Assembly: GCF_037042905.1 (NCBI RefSeq) | Contig: NC_087249.1 | Coordinates: 7,318,001 to 7,382,000, forward strand | Reading direction: 5' to 3' | Source: Lytechinus pictus | Taxonomy: Eukaryota | DNA: 64,000 nt | Shown here: positions 40,029 through 52,918 of the stretch, one piece after another | How positions within the stretch are numbered: position 1 is the first letter of the stretch | Layout of the letters: each line of letters opens with the position of its first letter | Notes under the pieces: model-generated | What the model saw: the letters and a program-made list of their open reading frames with translations, nothing else | Database searches by the model: none | Told to the model about the DNA's origin: nothing | Made by a program: the position numbers and the translations under genes

Positions 40029-41213
40029 CAACGAACGTAGAGGGCAGCAACACACAAGCGTGTTGCTCTAAGGAAGGTCAACTCCGCTCGAATTTTGTGA
40101 CCACTTTAAAAAATAAGGTGGGGTTTTGGGAAATTTGTCGAGTTGATTTTTTTTCATTTGTTAATTTCAAATATTTTTTAATGAACAATTATTAGATCGG
40201 TTATTCTGGGTATAAATATAAAAAATATTACTTTTATTTTTAAAGAAAATATTTAGCTTAAATAATCATGATTTTGACATTTTTCCTCATTTTGGAATAT
40301 TAAGCCTGTAACGAGGATACCTCATATCTCTTATTTTCTTCTGCTGAATTTCGCTGCACCACTAATAAATGCATAGACAACTACCGTAATAATCGAGGTC
40401 ATTTTTCTGGCCTGGGTGCGCCGAGTCTGGGCCGGTCGCGCAGCTAGCTAGTGACGTTGATGATGCGCTGGGGCTTCAGGCGACTCGTCATAGATCTAGC
40501 AACTTAGACAATGACGTCTAATTTGCCTGGCCTGATTTGAAGTGTAATGGCTTCAGGGCTGATGTTTATCAACGATGATTGTTCAAGGTTAGATTTCAAA
40601 TTTTAAATGTCATTTGACTTTTAAGTCTATAAATCTGAAATAAAGGCGCTGTATCCCCGAAATCCGGGTCTAAATTTCAACTCTGAGTCCGAGACCATGG
40701 CATGGACGGCGAAAAAACAACCCATGCATCGGATGCATTGCATTGGCTGCGCGCTGCGCTGCAGCTGCACTGTGATGATGGGTTCAGCGAAGAGCTCAGA
40801 GAAAATAAGGTGGTTATATTCAATCCCGAAATGCTTTGCGAGTGGTCACAAAATCGTCTCGACGCAAATCACCTAATACAGCCGTCTGGTGAAATCGCTG
40901 ATAACAACAATCACCGATTTGGTAATGATTTTAGTTTCCTGAAACTTATATTTGTAAAGTTTTAAATATCAAAGTATGTTTTTATATGTATGTATATTCC
41001 TCAACATATTTTTTAAGTTATCTTTGATATTGTTGTAGTCATATTCTTTCATATTCGTTTTTTGATCGCTACTAATTTGTTGTTGTATTGGATCGGCATT
41101 TGATTTCGTTGGCATGAACAATAAAATACGCGCGCAGCTCAGCTGCATGCGCGTATCGAGTTGACCTTCCTTATAGCAACACGCTTGTGTGTTGCTGCCC
41201 TCTACGTTCGTTG
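40029..41213. mobile_element. Non-autonomous TIR element with 8-bp TSD (P-element-like CAA..TTG ends)
   Basis: ~56-bp TIR starting caacgaacgtagagggcagcaacacacaagcgtgttgct; TSD atcactac at 40021-40028 and 41214-41221. Confidence 0.8.
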
Positions 41214-43952
41214 ATCACTACTTAGTACCTGATTACGCAACTTGTAAGCAGCGAGTGACGTCACCTTAGTGAATATAACGCCACAATTGACAATACAACG
41301 CAGTTATATTCACTGAGGTGACGTCAAAACCTAGAATATAACAAATGCGATCCTCGCAGCTATGGTCACGTGATGGCGTATCGACCTATCACTGATTCGA
41401 ATCTACATTATCTATGTAATATAATACAATGGCATTGTCAATTTGCATTTATAAGCGCTTTGTTATGATTGATTTGTATTGATTTTGTATTTAAGTTTTC
41501 TCATTTGTATTTTGGAAAAAATGGATATAGAAATGAAAAAAAATATTTAAAAATCCAATTCAATTCAATTCAATTGTCAACAAGAAAAAAATATTTTGAA
41601 GTGATTTAAAACACAAAGCAAAATAATAATCACATGCAGTCTACATAATTAAAGGTAACAAACAGGGTAACTTCTTCTAAACAAGATTTTTTTTTTGTAC
41701 ATCATTTTCTTATTAAACCAACATTTTTTTAGTCTGAGCCTGCAATATACTTTCATTTTAGGATTAATTAGGAAGTGCAAATTCAATGTTTTCATGGTGT
41801 ACGTCATCCATAGTACTATTTATCATATAATATTTGAACCTCTTAACTCTTTTCACGCTGAATAATTATAGGGGATGATAATGACTGTTGTTTCCATGTT
41901 ATTTTCTTTCATATTGAACCATTGACACTAATGTTATCCAAGATCTATCCTCATTTATTAGCTTCTTTAATATGATGTTAGGGGGAAAAAACTAATTATT
42001 ATTATTGCTGAATTTAAATTGTACGAATGTACAAATTTACAACATCCGCGTTAATGGTTAAACCAAATAATTCATCTTGTTTATGAGGAAAGTATTATAT
42101 TTCCAGTAATAGAATATTCATTGTTCAAACTTGTCTCAGATTAAAATGTGAATGTTTCAGTTTCAGTTTCATTTATTTCACATCTCTCATAAAAACATTC
42201 AAATAACAGATACAATGTAAAAACATATTCATACAAATACACAAAAGAAACAAAGAAGAGAAGAAATACACGATAAATCAATTGTAAAAAAGTGGACAGA
42301 TAGGAGTGAATAACATTAAGTAGCAGTGGATGTGGGGGATCAGCAATAAGCCAATGAACAAAAGCTATAAGAAAAATAGGCTTACAAAGAAATTACGAAA
42401 AAAACAACAACAACATGGAGTTACAGCATGAACAATTCTGCAACATAAAAAATATGCAAGTGCCAAATACAATTTACTATGTACAATATTCTTGCTTTGG
42501 GAAGTGCAGAGATAAATATATACACAATAGAAACATTCATTGAAAATCAGCGTAAGTACAATATTAAGTTTTCTAAAATTACAAATCCAATCTGATAAGT
42601 CATTGCAATTATGTCCCTCATACACATAAAAAACAACAAAAAAGCGATATTGAAAATCCCCTTACCACATTATACAAGTTACCAAACATAATTACGTCTT
42701 TAACAAAGTAATGACCATAACATACAACAGAACATTTGGTGAAGAATAAAGATTGACCAAGGATCGTGAACATTATCATTGGTCATCATAATTTCGGTGG
42801 ATTTTCACGATTTTGAGGGTAGGATATCATTATATTCAACTGACCGACACATCGAGGGGGCTTTTTTATTCACAATTCAAGAGTCTTGCAAATTGAAAGA
42901 ACTTATATATAGATTGATAATGAATCGAATAAAATAGACCGAAGTAGAAAAAAATATATTATTTTAAGAAACGTATAAGATCTGAAATAAGGTAGTAAAT
43001 TCAATTCAATTCAACTTTATTTTACAAGCCAATTAATAGGCCGATAAAAACATTATAAAAACAAAAATGCATACTTCAAAATTATGAACATAATGCTGTA
43101 TTAGAAAGAAGATGATCATTGAGATTATATACACAGATAAAATTATAAAACAAAATAGACTAATTATCACAGTAGAAACAAATATACAACAAATGTGTTC
43201 TACAAAACAGTGACTTGCGCGGGGCATACATAAAACGGCCTAAATGAATGCAGGCGAGATAGCCTCAAATAGGAAATGATAATAAAAAAGGAAAATAAAA
43301 ACACTTCTCTGATCACATGATATTGAAACTTCCATTATGTTTTTAATTATTATGCACCAAAGAGTTTGCTCAGTAAATATCAACTTTAAAGGTCATCCGG
43401 TTCGACCGAATAACCCCCAGACTCCGGAATTAATGCACATTAACACTGGGACTAAATTACCGCATCATACCATTATGTATTTGAAAATAATAATAAATGA
43501 CAATGTCAATATGAATAGAATATTGAGGCCCGGTAGCCGTTAATAGGCGCCATTTTGACAAACCATTTTGAGGAAGCACGCCGTTATCATTCATTGCTCG
43601 ATAACTCGTCAAATCCATTAATGAATTACTCACGATTGTTACATTTTACCTGTCATTAACTGTTACTTAATTTCAAGGCTGATCATCGGCAATGAATAAG
43701 TGACGGGGATCCCGCTTCAACTTTACCCATTTTCATTGATTAACTTTCTCTTATGCACGTCAAGGCCCCTAAGATAAAGGTTCATGATCAATAAGTAACA
43801 GCATTTCTGATTGGCTAACGGTCATGATTTTTACTACAACGCGCATGCAAGAAAGATCATGATTGGTCATTGCCAGTTTGTTGGTAGATTGCTCCTTTCG
43901 TGTTAAAGAAGCCCAGATTTCATAATGGTAGAGGTTTGCCTCTAAACCTTAA

Positions 43953-44680
43953 CCCTTATTAAAATGGGGTGGGGGGTTAATTCGACCCCCCTCCACAAAT
44001 TTCGTCACTACGCCGTCGCGAATTTTTTTTTTTGACCGCGCCGCTCGCCGACTTTTTACTTTCAAGTCTTGCGCATCTTTTGAGACCAAATTTGCGACGC
44101 CTGGGTACGCACCATTTTGTAAGTGCATGTCAGACCCGAAATTGCTATAAACGTGATTCCGTATACAAAGTCAATGCAAATTGTGTTTTTCAACCAAAAA
44201 TCATAAATGTATGATTATTTTTACTTTTGTTGATTTGAATTGATTTATTTTGAGCTATATGATCGCAAAAGGGTCCCCGACAAAGTTCATTGAAAAAAAC
44301 AAAGAAATACATAAGCATTTAAAGACAAGAAAATGCATAATAAATTAATTATATTTTTGCATTTTTTTGTAAATATTTGTTAGAAATGTAATAACTGATA
44401 CTCCCACTAAAATATAGCATTCTCCTAGCTATACAAATTGAATTAAAGGCAAAAACTAACACAACAAACCAATATAGGGCAAATTTCATACGCTTATTTG
44501 CATAACTAATTAATCAAAAAATATAAAAAATTACTTCTTTGAAAATTTTACTATAAAGTCTTGTAGTTTACATCTGGCTCTACGCGCGTGCAAATTTTCG
44601 CGGCGATCGCGCGATCAGCGGCCGAAATCTGAGGGGGGGGGGAGTCAAATTGACCCCAGTATATAATGGTCTGAAATAGC
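43953..44680. mobile_element. piggyBac-like MITE with the right end missing
   Basis: TTAA|ccctt left end; ttaattcgacccc and gtcaaattgacccc subterminal motifs; cut off by the palindrome at 44684. Confidence 0.5.
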
Positions 44681-44683
44681 CTA

Positions 44684-47600
44684 AGCAAGGTTTCCACTTT
44701 GGCGAGTTGGAGTTGCGAGTCATACGCGAGCTGCGCGAGTTCTAACTCGCCTTAGCTCGCACAAGCTCGCGTGAAATTTACATTTTTTCCTGGAATTTGC
44801 TTGAGTGACAAACGACTCAACATCGAGTTCACTACGCTCGCTGTACGAGTGAACCGAGCAGGAAACGAGTCAGGCCGAGCTTAGTATGAGTTGCGGTGAC
44901 CTTTATACGACCTAAAGCGAGCTCTGAACGAGTTATAAAGATTTTGTTACGAGTGATAAGAGTTTCATACGACCAAGGGGCGGGATATGCACATTTTTGG
45001 CACTCAAAGATGGATGCCGGCGGCGGCGGCGTCAACACCAAATCTTAACCGAAGGTTGAGTTTTTGAAATGGCATCATAACTTAGAAAGTATATGGACCT
45101 AGTTCATGAAACTTGACCATAAGGTTTATCAAGCATTACTAAACATCCTTCTCGAGTTTCAGGTCACAAGACCAAGGTCAAAGGTCATATATGGTCAATG
45201 AACGTAGACCATGTTTAGGGAATCAACATCAAAATCTTAACCTACGGTTAAGTTATTGAAATGTCATCATAACTTAGAAAATATATGAACCTAGTTCATG
45301 AAACGTGGGCATAAGGTTATTAAAGTATATAAACATCCTGCTTGAGTTTCAAGTCACATGACTAAGGTCAAAGGTCAATTAGGGTCAATGGACTTTGGCC
45401 AATTGGGGGGTATTTGTTAAATTAACATTATAACTTTGAAAGTTTATGAATCTGATTCATGAAACTTGAACATAAGAGTAATCAGGAATCACTAAATATC
45501 CTGTGCGGATATCAGGTCACATGTCCAAGGTCAAAGGTCAATGAACTTTAGTGATGTTCGGGTGATCTGCTGAATTACCATCATAACTTTGAAAGTTTAT
45601 AGATCTGATTCATGAATCTTGGATATAAGAGTAATCAAGTATTCCTGAACATCCTGTACAAGTTTCAGGTCACATGACGAAGGTCAAAGGTCATTTAAGG
45701 TCAATGAACTTTGGCCTTGTTGGGGATATTTGTTGAATTACCATCATAACTTTGAAAGATTATGAATATGATTCATCAACTTGGATATTAGAGTAGTCAA
45801 GTATCACCGAACATCTCATGCCAGTTTCAGGTCACATGACCAAAGTCAAAGGTCATTTAAGGTTATTGAACTTTGGCCATTTTGGAGATTAATACTATAT
45901 TGCTGTCATGTCTTTCAAAGTTTAGATACAATATAAATATTGTAAAAAAATGTGGATATAGGGGTAATCTAGTATCACTGACAAGTCTTAGGTCACATGA
46001 TAAAGGTCAAATGTCATTTATTGTCAATGAACGTAGTATTGTATCATTGTTTGAATGGTGTTTTTGTGAATAATTATTTTATAGTAGTTTTCAGAGTCAG
46101 CACTGCTTCTATATTGGATAGCGTGATGCAGGTGAGACTGCCAGAGGCGCTCCACTTGGATCTTGTCTAGTTTGATGTCTTGTTCTTTTACCTTGGCTCT
46201 GCTCGTCATTGACCTGAGGCATATTTCTCTCCTTATTTGTTGAAAGTTGTAATAATGCAGTGGCAACAGCCTTTTTAAAAGTACGTGTACATTGCGTGGG
46301 ACAGTTAAAATGTGCTCTCACTTTAAAATGAACTCCTCAAAAAAAGTTTGGAAATCCGACTTTAATCAAAACTCCCTCCTCGGTTTTAGTAAATATCAAT
46401 TGTTATTAATATCAATGAATAGATCATTTAATTTTCTTTAAAATGATACCCTACATGATATGATTATGGTTCACATGGAGGTGCAGTGCCTTGAAATGTG
46501 GGGCAAGGTCAAAATTCAAAATTAAGTTGCAAAGTGACACAATATTTAAAGTCACTGTTCCTTTTTCCGTGGTGATGAGTGAGTTTTTTAAGCGGTTTCT
46601 TTTGAGTTTGATCGGTAATCCCGCCTCGGATTTAGTAAATATCAATGTTGAATTAATATCAATGAATAGATTATTTAATTTTCTTTAAAGTGATACTTTC
46701 CATGATATGTATTTGGCTCACATGGAGTTGCAGTGCCTTGAAATGTGGGGCAAGGTCAAAATTAAAAATTTTCAAAATGACACAATATTGAAAGTCACTG
46801 TTCTTGTCTTCCATGATGATGAGTGAGATTCTCAGCAATTGTTTTCATGCACCTTAACATCAACATTCAAATGGAATCAAACACACCTCTGAACAAGCAA
46901 ACGCACAACAAACAAACATAAAACATTATGAAATGAAAAAGCAGGGGTTTGATTTGAATGTATTTTCATCTTTATTGACACAGACAAAAGAATCATGTTC
47001 TGTATTGACCCTTCATGATTATTTCTGCTCGTTTTGCAGCTTTTTACTTCACACCTCATCAAACACTTTTCAATTTTGCTCTTTTTTGATGGCATGATCA
47101 TAACAAGCATGGGATCATTTTAAAAAGAATCAAATGATCTTTTGAAAGATATCAAATATGCATTGTGTAAAATTTGGAGTCTAGAGAAATTAATGGCCAA
47201 ACTCAGATTTCCAAACTTTTTTGCTCGTTTTGCAGCTTTTCAATTCAGACTTCATCCAACACTTTTGAATCCTGCTCTTTTCACGATGACATGGTCATAA
47301 TAAGCATGGTATCATTGTAAAGAGAATTGAATTACCTTTTTAATGATGTCAAATATGCAATGTGTAAATTTTGGAGTTGGGAGAAATCAATGGCCAAACT
47401 CAGATTTCCAAACTTTTTTGAGGGGTTTAGATGTGGGGAAAATATAGATCACTGGACATTTATCATTCAGCTGGCATGCCTCTGAGCACTTGCCACGCAC
47501 TCGGAATAAACTCATACGAAACTCGCTGTAACTCGGGGTGCTCGATCTAAAGTCGCGCTAATATCGTGGGCACCTCCAGTTGATTCGTAAAACGATCGCA

Positions 47601-47782
47601 ATGCTCGTATCTCGCTCTTGAAAACTCGGAACGCACTCGCGTATACTCAGATGTGGCGAGTTATTACGAGTTATTGTGAGTTTATCTCGAGCTTCTTACG
47701 AGTTATTGCGAGTGCTGCGAGTATATAACGAGTTTAGGTGAGTTCAGCACGAGTTACAGCGAGTTAGCAAAATTTTTGAACA
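44684..47782 (-). mobile_element. Harbinger-like non-autonomous element, copy A (inverted, lacks the ~200-bp left end); left arm of the palindrome
   Basis: Terminus agcaaggtttccactttggcgagtt; dense aactcgc subterminal repeats; reverse complement of 47783-50959. Confidence 0.85.
45020..46170. mobile_element. Helentron/DINE-1-like (HINE) fragment with an internal ~140-190-bp tandem array, captured in the element (also ~49500-50630 and ~54462-55610)
   Basis: (ggc)n tract, repeated caggtcacatgaccaaggtcaaaggtca units, sub-terminal gatgcaggtgagac, aactag-type end; the terminal hairpin end is missing. Confidence 0.55.
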
Positions 47783-50700
47783 TGTTCAAAAATTTTGCTA
47801 ACTCGCTGTAACTCGTGCTGAACTCACCTAAACTCGTTATATACTCGCAGCACTCGCAATAACTCGTAAGAAGCTCGAGATAAACTCACAATAACTCGTA
47901 ATAACTCGCCACATCTGAGTATACGCGAGTGCGTTCCGAGTTTTCAAGAGCGATATACGAGCATTGCGATCGTTTTACGAGTCAAATGGAGGTGCCCACG
48001 AGATTAGCGCGACTTTAGATCGAGCACCCCGAGTTACAGCGAGTTTCGTATGAGTTTATTCCGAGTGCGTTGCAATAGCTCAGAGGCATGCCAGCTGAAT
48101 GATAAATGTCCAGTGATCTATATTTTCCCCACATATAAACCCCTCAAAAAAAGTTTGAAATCTGAGTTGGCCATTAATTTCTCCCAACTCCAAAATTTAC
48201 ACATTGCATATTTGACATCATTTAAAAGGTCATTCAATTTTCTTTACAATGATACCATGCTTGTTATGATCATGCCATCACGAAAAGAGCAGGATTCAAA
48301 AGTGTTGGATAAAGTCTGAATTGAAAAGCTGCAAAACGAGCAAAAAAGTTTGGAAATCTGAGTTTGGCCATTAATTTATCCCGACTCCGAATTTTACACA
48401 ATGCATATTTGATATCTTTCAAAAGATCATTTGATTCTCTTTTAAATGATCCCATGCTTGTTATGATCATGCCATCAAAAAAGAACAAAATTAATAAGTG
48501 TTGGATGAGGTCTCAAGTAAAAAGCTGCAAAACGAGCATAAGTAATCATGAAGGGTCATTACAGAACATGATGTTTTTGTCTGTGTCAATAAAGATGAAA
48601 ATCCATTCAAATCAAACCCCTGCTTTTTCATTTCATAATGTTTTGTTGTGGTTTATGTTTGTTTGTTGTGTGTTTGCTTGTGCAGAGGTGTGTTTGATTC
48701 CATTTGAATGTTGATATTAAGGTGCATGAAAACAATTGCTGAGAATCTCACTCATCATCATGGAAGAAAAGAACAGTGACTTTCAATATTGTGTCATTTT
48801 GCAAATTTTGAATTTTGACCTTGCCCCGCATTTCAAGGCACTGCACCTCCATGTGAGCCATAATCATATCATGTAGGGTATCATTTAAAGACACTTAAAT
48901 GATCTATTCATTGATATTAATTCAACTTGATATTTACTAAAACCGAGGCGGGATTACCGATCAAACTCAAAAGAAACCGCTTAAAATACTCACTCATCAA
49001 AGGAACAGTGACTTTCAATACTGTGTCTCTTTGCAACTTAATTTTGATTTTTGACCTTGGCCTACATTTCAAGGCACTGCACCTCCATGTGAACCATAAT
49101 CATATCATGTAGGGTATCATTTAAAGACACTTAAATGATCTATTCATTGATATTAATAACAATTGATATTTACTAAAACTGAGGAGGGAGTTTTGATTAA
49201 AGTCGGATTTCCAAACTTTTTTTGAGGAGTTATTTTAAAGTGAGAGCACATTTTAACTGACCCACGCAATGTACACGTACTTTTAAAAAGGCTGTTTCCA
49301 CTGCATTATTACAACTTTCAACAAATAAGGAGAGAAATATGCCTCGATCCAAAAGATCCAAGAGTTGTGGCCATTCAGATAGGGAAAGAGCGAAAGAAGA
49401 TGACATTCAAACAAGGGTAGAAGAAGTGCAGGAAGAGACAATTGAAACGGAAGAGGAGGTCAATGACGAGCAGAGCCAAGGTAAAAAAACAAGACATCAA
49501 ACTGGACAATTAAGGTCCAAGTGGAGCGCCTCTGCATCACGCTATCCAATATAGAAGTAGTGCTGACTCTGAAAACTATTGTAAAATAATTATTCACAAA
49601 AACACCATTCATACATTGATACAATACTACGTTCATTTACAATAAATGACATTTGACCTTTATCATTTGACCTAAGACTTGTCAGTGATACTAGATTACC
49701 CCTATATCCACATTTTATAAACTGTATCTAAACTTTGAAAGTTATGACAGTAATATAGTATTAATCTCCAAAATGGCCAAAGTTCAATAACCTTAAATGA
49801 CCTTTGACTTTGGTCATGTGACCTGAAACTGGCATGAAATGTTCGGTGATACTTGACTACTCTAATATCCAAGTTGATGAATCATATCCATAAGCTTTCA
49901 AAGTTATGATGGTAATTCAACAAATACCCCCAACATGGCCAAAGTTTATTGACCATAAATGACCTTTGACCTTCGTCATGTGACCTGAAACTCGCACAGG
50001 ATGTTCAGGAATACTTGATTACTCTTATATCTAAGATTCATGAATCAGATCTATAAACTTTTAAAGTTATGATGGTAATTCAACAGATCACCCGAACATC
50101 ACTAAAGTTCATTGACCTTTGACCTTGGACATGTGACCTGATATCCACACAGGATGTTTAGTGATACCTGATTACTCTTATGTTCAAGTTTCATGAATCA
50201 GATTCATAAACTTTCAAAGTTATAATGTTAATTTAACAAATACCCCAATTGGCCAAAGTCCATTGACCCTAATTGACCTTAGTCATGTGACTTGAAACTC
50301 AAGCAGGATGTTTATATACTTTAATAACCTTATGTCCACGTTTCATGAACTAGGTTCATATATTTTCTAAGTTATGATGACATTTCAAAAACTTAACCGT
50401 AGGTTAAGACTTTGATGTTGATTCCCTAAACATGGTCTACGTTCATTGACCATAAATGACCTCTGACCTTGGTCTTGTGACCTGAAACTCGAAAATAATA
50501 TTTTGTAATGCTTGATAAACCTTATGGTCAAGTTTCATGAACTAGGTCCAAATACTTTCTCAGTTATGATGCCATTTCAAAAACTTAACCTTCGGTTAAG
50601 ATTTGGTGTTGACGCCCCCTCCGCCGGCATCCATCTTTGAGTGCCAAAAATGTGCATTTCCCACCCCTAGGTCGTATGAAACTCTTATCACTCGTAACAA

Positions 50701-50959
50701 AATCTTTATAACTCGTTCATAGCTCGCTATAAGTCGTATAAAGGTCACCGCAACTCATACTAAGCTCGGCCTGACTCGTTTCGCGCTCGGTTCACTCGTA
50801 CAACGAGCGTAGTGAACTCGATGTTGAGTCGTTTGTCACTCAAGCAAATTCCAGGGAAAATGTAAATTTCACGCGAGCTTGTGCGAGCTAAGGCGAGTTA
50901 GAGCTCGCGCAGCTCGCGTATGACTCGCAACTCCAACTCGCCAAAGTGGAAACCTTGCT
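47783..50959 (+). mobile_element. Harbinger-like element, copy B (lacks the left end); right arm of the palindrome
   Basis: Ends aactcgccaaagtggaaaccttgct|taa. Confidence 0.85.
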
Positions 50960-52918
50960 TAAGATAGCCTCATTTTGGCAACTCGCTATAACTCGCCATA
51001 ACTCGCGATGTTAACTCGCCAAAGTGGAAAAGCAAGGTTTCCACTTTGGCGAGTTAACATCGCGAGTTATGGCGAGTTATAGCGAGTTGCCAAAATGAGG
51101 CACTCGCGATAACTCGCATAAAGCTCACCATGAAACTCGGGATAACTCGCGACAACTCGGCATGGCTCGGCGGAGCTCGTTCAAGCTCGGGACAACTCTC
51201 CTTAAAATCGTGAGCAGTTTCAAAATTTTTGAACATGTTCAAAAATTTTGCTCACTCGCTGTAACTCGTGCTGAACTCACCTAAACTCGCTACATACTCG
51301 CAGTACTCGCAATAACTCGTAAGAAGCTCGAGATAAACTCACAATAACTCGTAATAACTCGCCACATCTGAGTATACGCGAGTGCGTTCCGAGTTTTCAA
51401 GACCGAGATACGAGCATTGCGATCGTTTTACGAGTCAACTGGAGGTGCCCACGAGATTAGCGCGACTTTAGATCGAGCACCCCGAGTTACAACGAGTTTC
51501 GTATGAGTTTATTCCGAGTGCGTTGCAAGTGCTCGGAGGCATGCCAGCTGAATGATAAATGTCCAGTGATCTATATTTTCCCCACATATAAATCCCTAAA
51601 AAAAGTTTTAAAATCTGAGTTTGGCCATTAATTTCTCCCAACTCCAAAATTTACAAATTGCATATTTGACATCATTTAAAAGGTCATTCAATTTTCTTTA
51701 CAATGATACCATGCTTGTTATGATCATGCCATCACGAAAAGAGCAGGATTCAAAAGTGTTGGATGAAGTCTGAATTGAAAAGCTGCAAAACGAGCAAAAA
51801 AGTTTGGAAATCTGAGTTTGGCCATTAATTTGTCCCGACTCCAAATTTTACACAATGCATATTTGATATCTTTCAAAAGATCATTTGATTCTCTTTTAAA
51901 TGATCCCATGCTTGTTATGATCATGCCATAAAAAAAGAGCGAAATTGAAAAGTGTTGGATGAGGTCTGAAGTAAAAAGCTGCAAAACGAGCAGAAATAAT
52001 CATGAAGGGTCAATACAGAACACGATTCTTTTGTCTGTGTCAATAAAGATGAAAATCCATTCAAATCAAACCCCTGCTTTTTTATTTCATAATGTTTTGT
52101 TGTGGTTTATGTTTATTTGTTGTGTGTTTGCTTGTGCAGAGGTGTGTTTGATTCCATTTGAATGTTGATGTTAAGGTGCATGAAAACAATTGCTGAGAAT
52201 CTCACTCATCATCATCATTGAAGAAAAGAAAAGTGACTTTCAATATTGTGTCATTTTGCAAATTTTGAATTTTGACCTTGCCCCACATTTCAAGGCACTG
52301 CACCTCCATGTGAGCCAAAATCATATCATGGAAAGTATCATTTTAAAGTAAATTAAATGATCTATTCATTGATATTAATTTACCATTGATATTTACTAAA
52401 ACCGAGGCCGGATTACAGATCAAACTCAAAAGAAACCGCTTAAAAAACTCACTCATCACCACGGAAAAAGGAACAGTGACTTTCAATATTGTGTCACTTT
52501 GCAACTTAATTTTGAATTTTGACCTTGCCCCACATTTCAAGGCACTGCACCTCCATGTGAACCATAATCATAACATGTAGGGTATCATTTTAAAGAAAAT
52601 TAAATGATCTATTCATTTATATTAATAACAATTGATATTTACTAAAACCGAGGAGGGAGTTTTGATTAAAGTCGGATTTCCAAACTTTTTTTGAGGAGTT
52701 TATTTTAAAGTGAGAGCACATTTTAACTGACCCACGCAATGTACACGTACTTTTAAAAAGGCTGTTGCCACTGCATTATTACAACTTTCAGCAAATAAGG
52801 AGAGAAATATGCCTTGATCCAAAAGATCCAAGAGTTGTGGCCATTCAGGTAGGGAAACAGCGAAAGAAGATGACATTCAAACAAGGATAGAAGAAGTGCA
52901 GGAAGAGACAATTGAAAC

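Noticed and set aside
49339..49554. ORF MPRSKRSKS...EEVQEETIETEEE inside the Harbinger-like element
   Set aside because: Could be a relic N-terminus of an element-encoded protein, but copy C has an early stop, copy A has a deletion, and no domain is recognisable.
44684..50959. Large palindrome as a pure assembly artefact
   Set aside because: The arms differ by many substitutions and arm-specific indels, which a read fold-back would not produce; read-level confirmation is still advisable.
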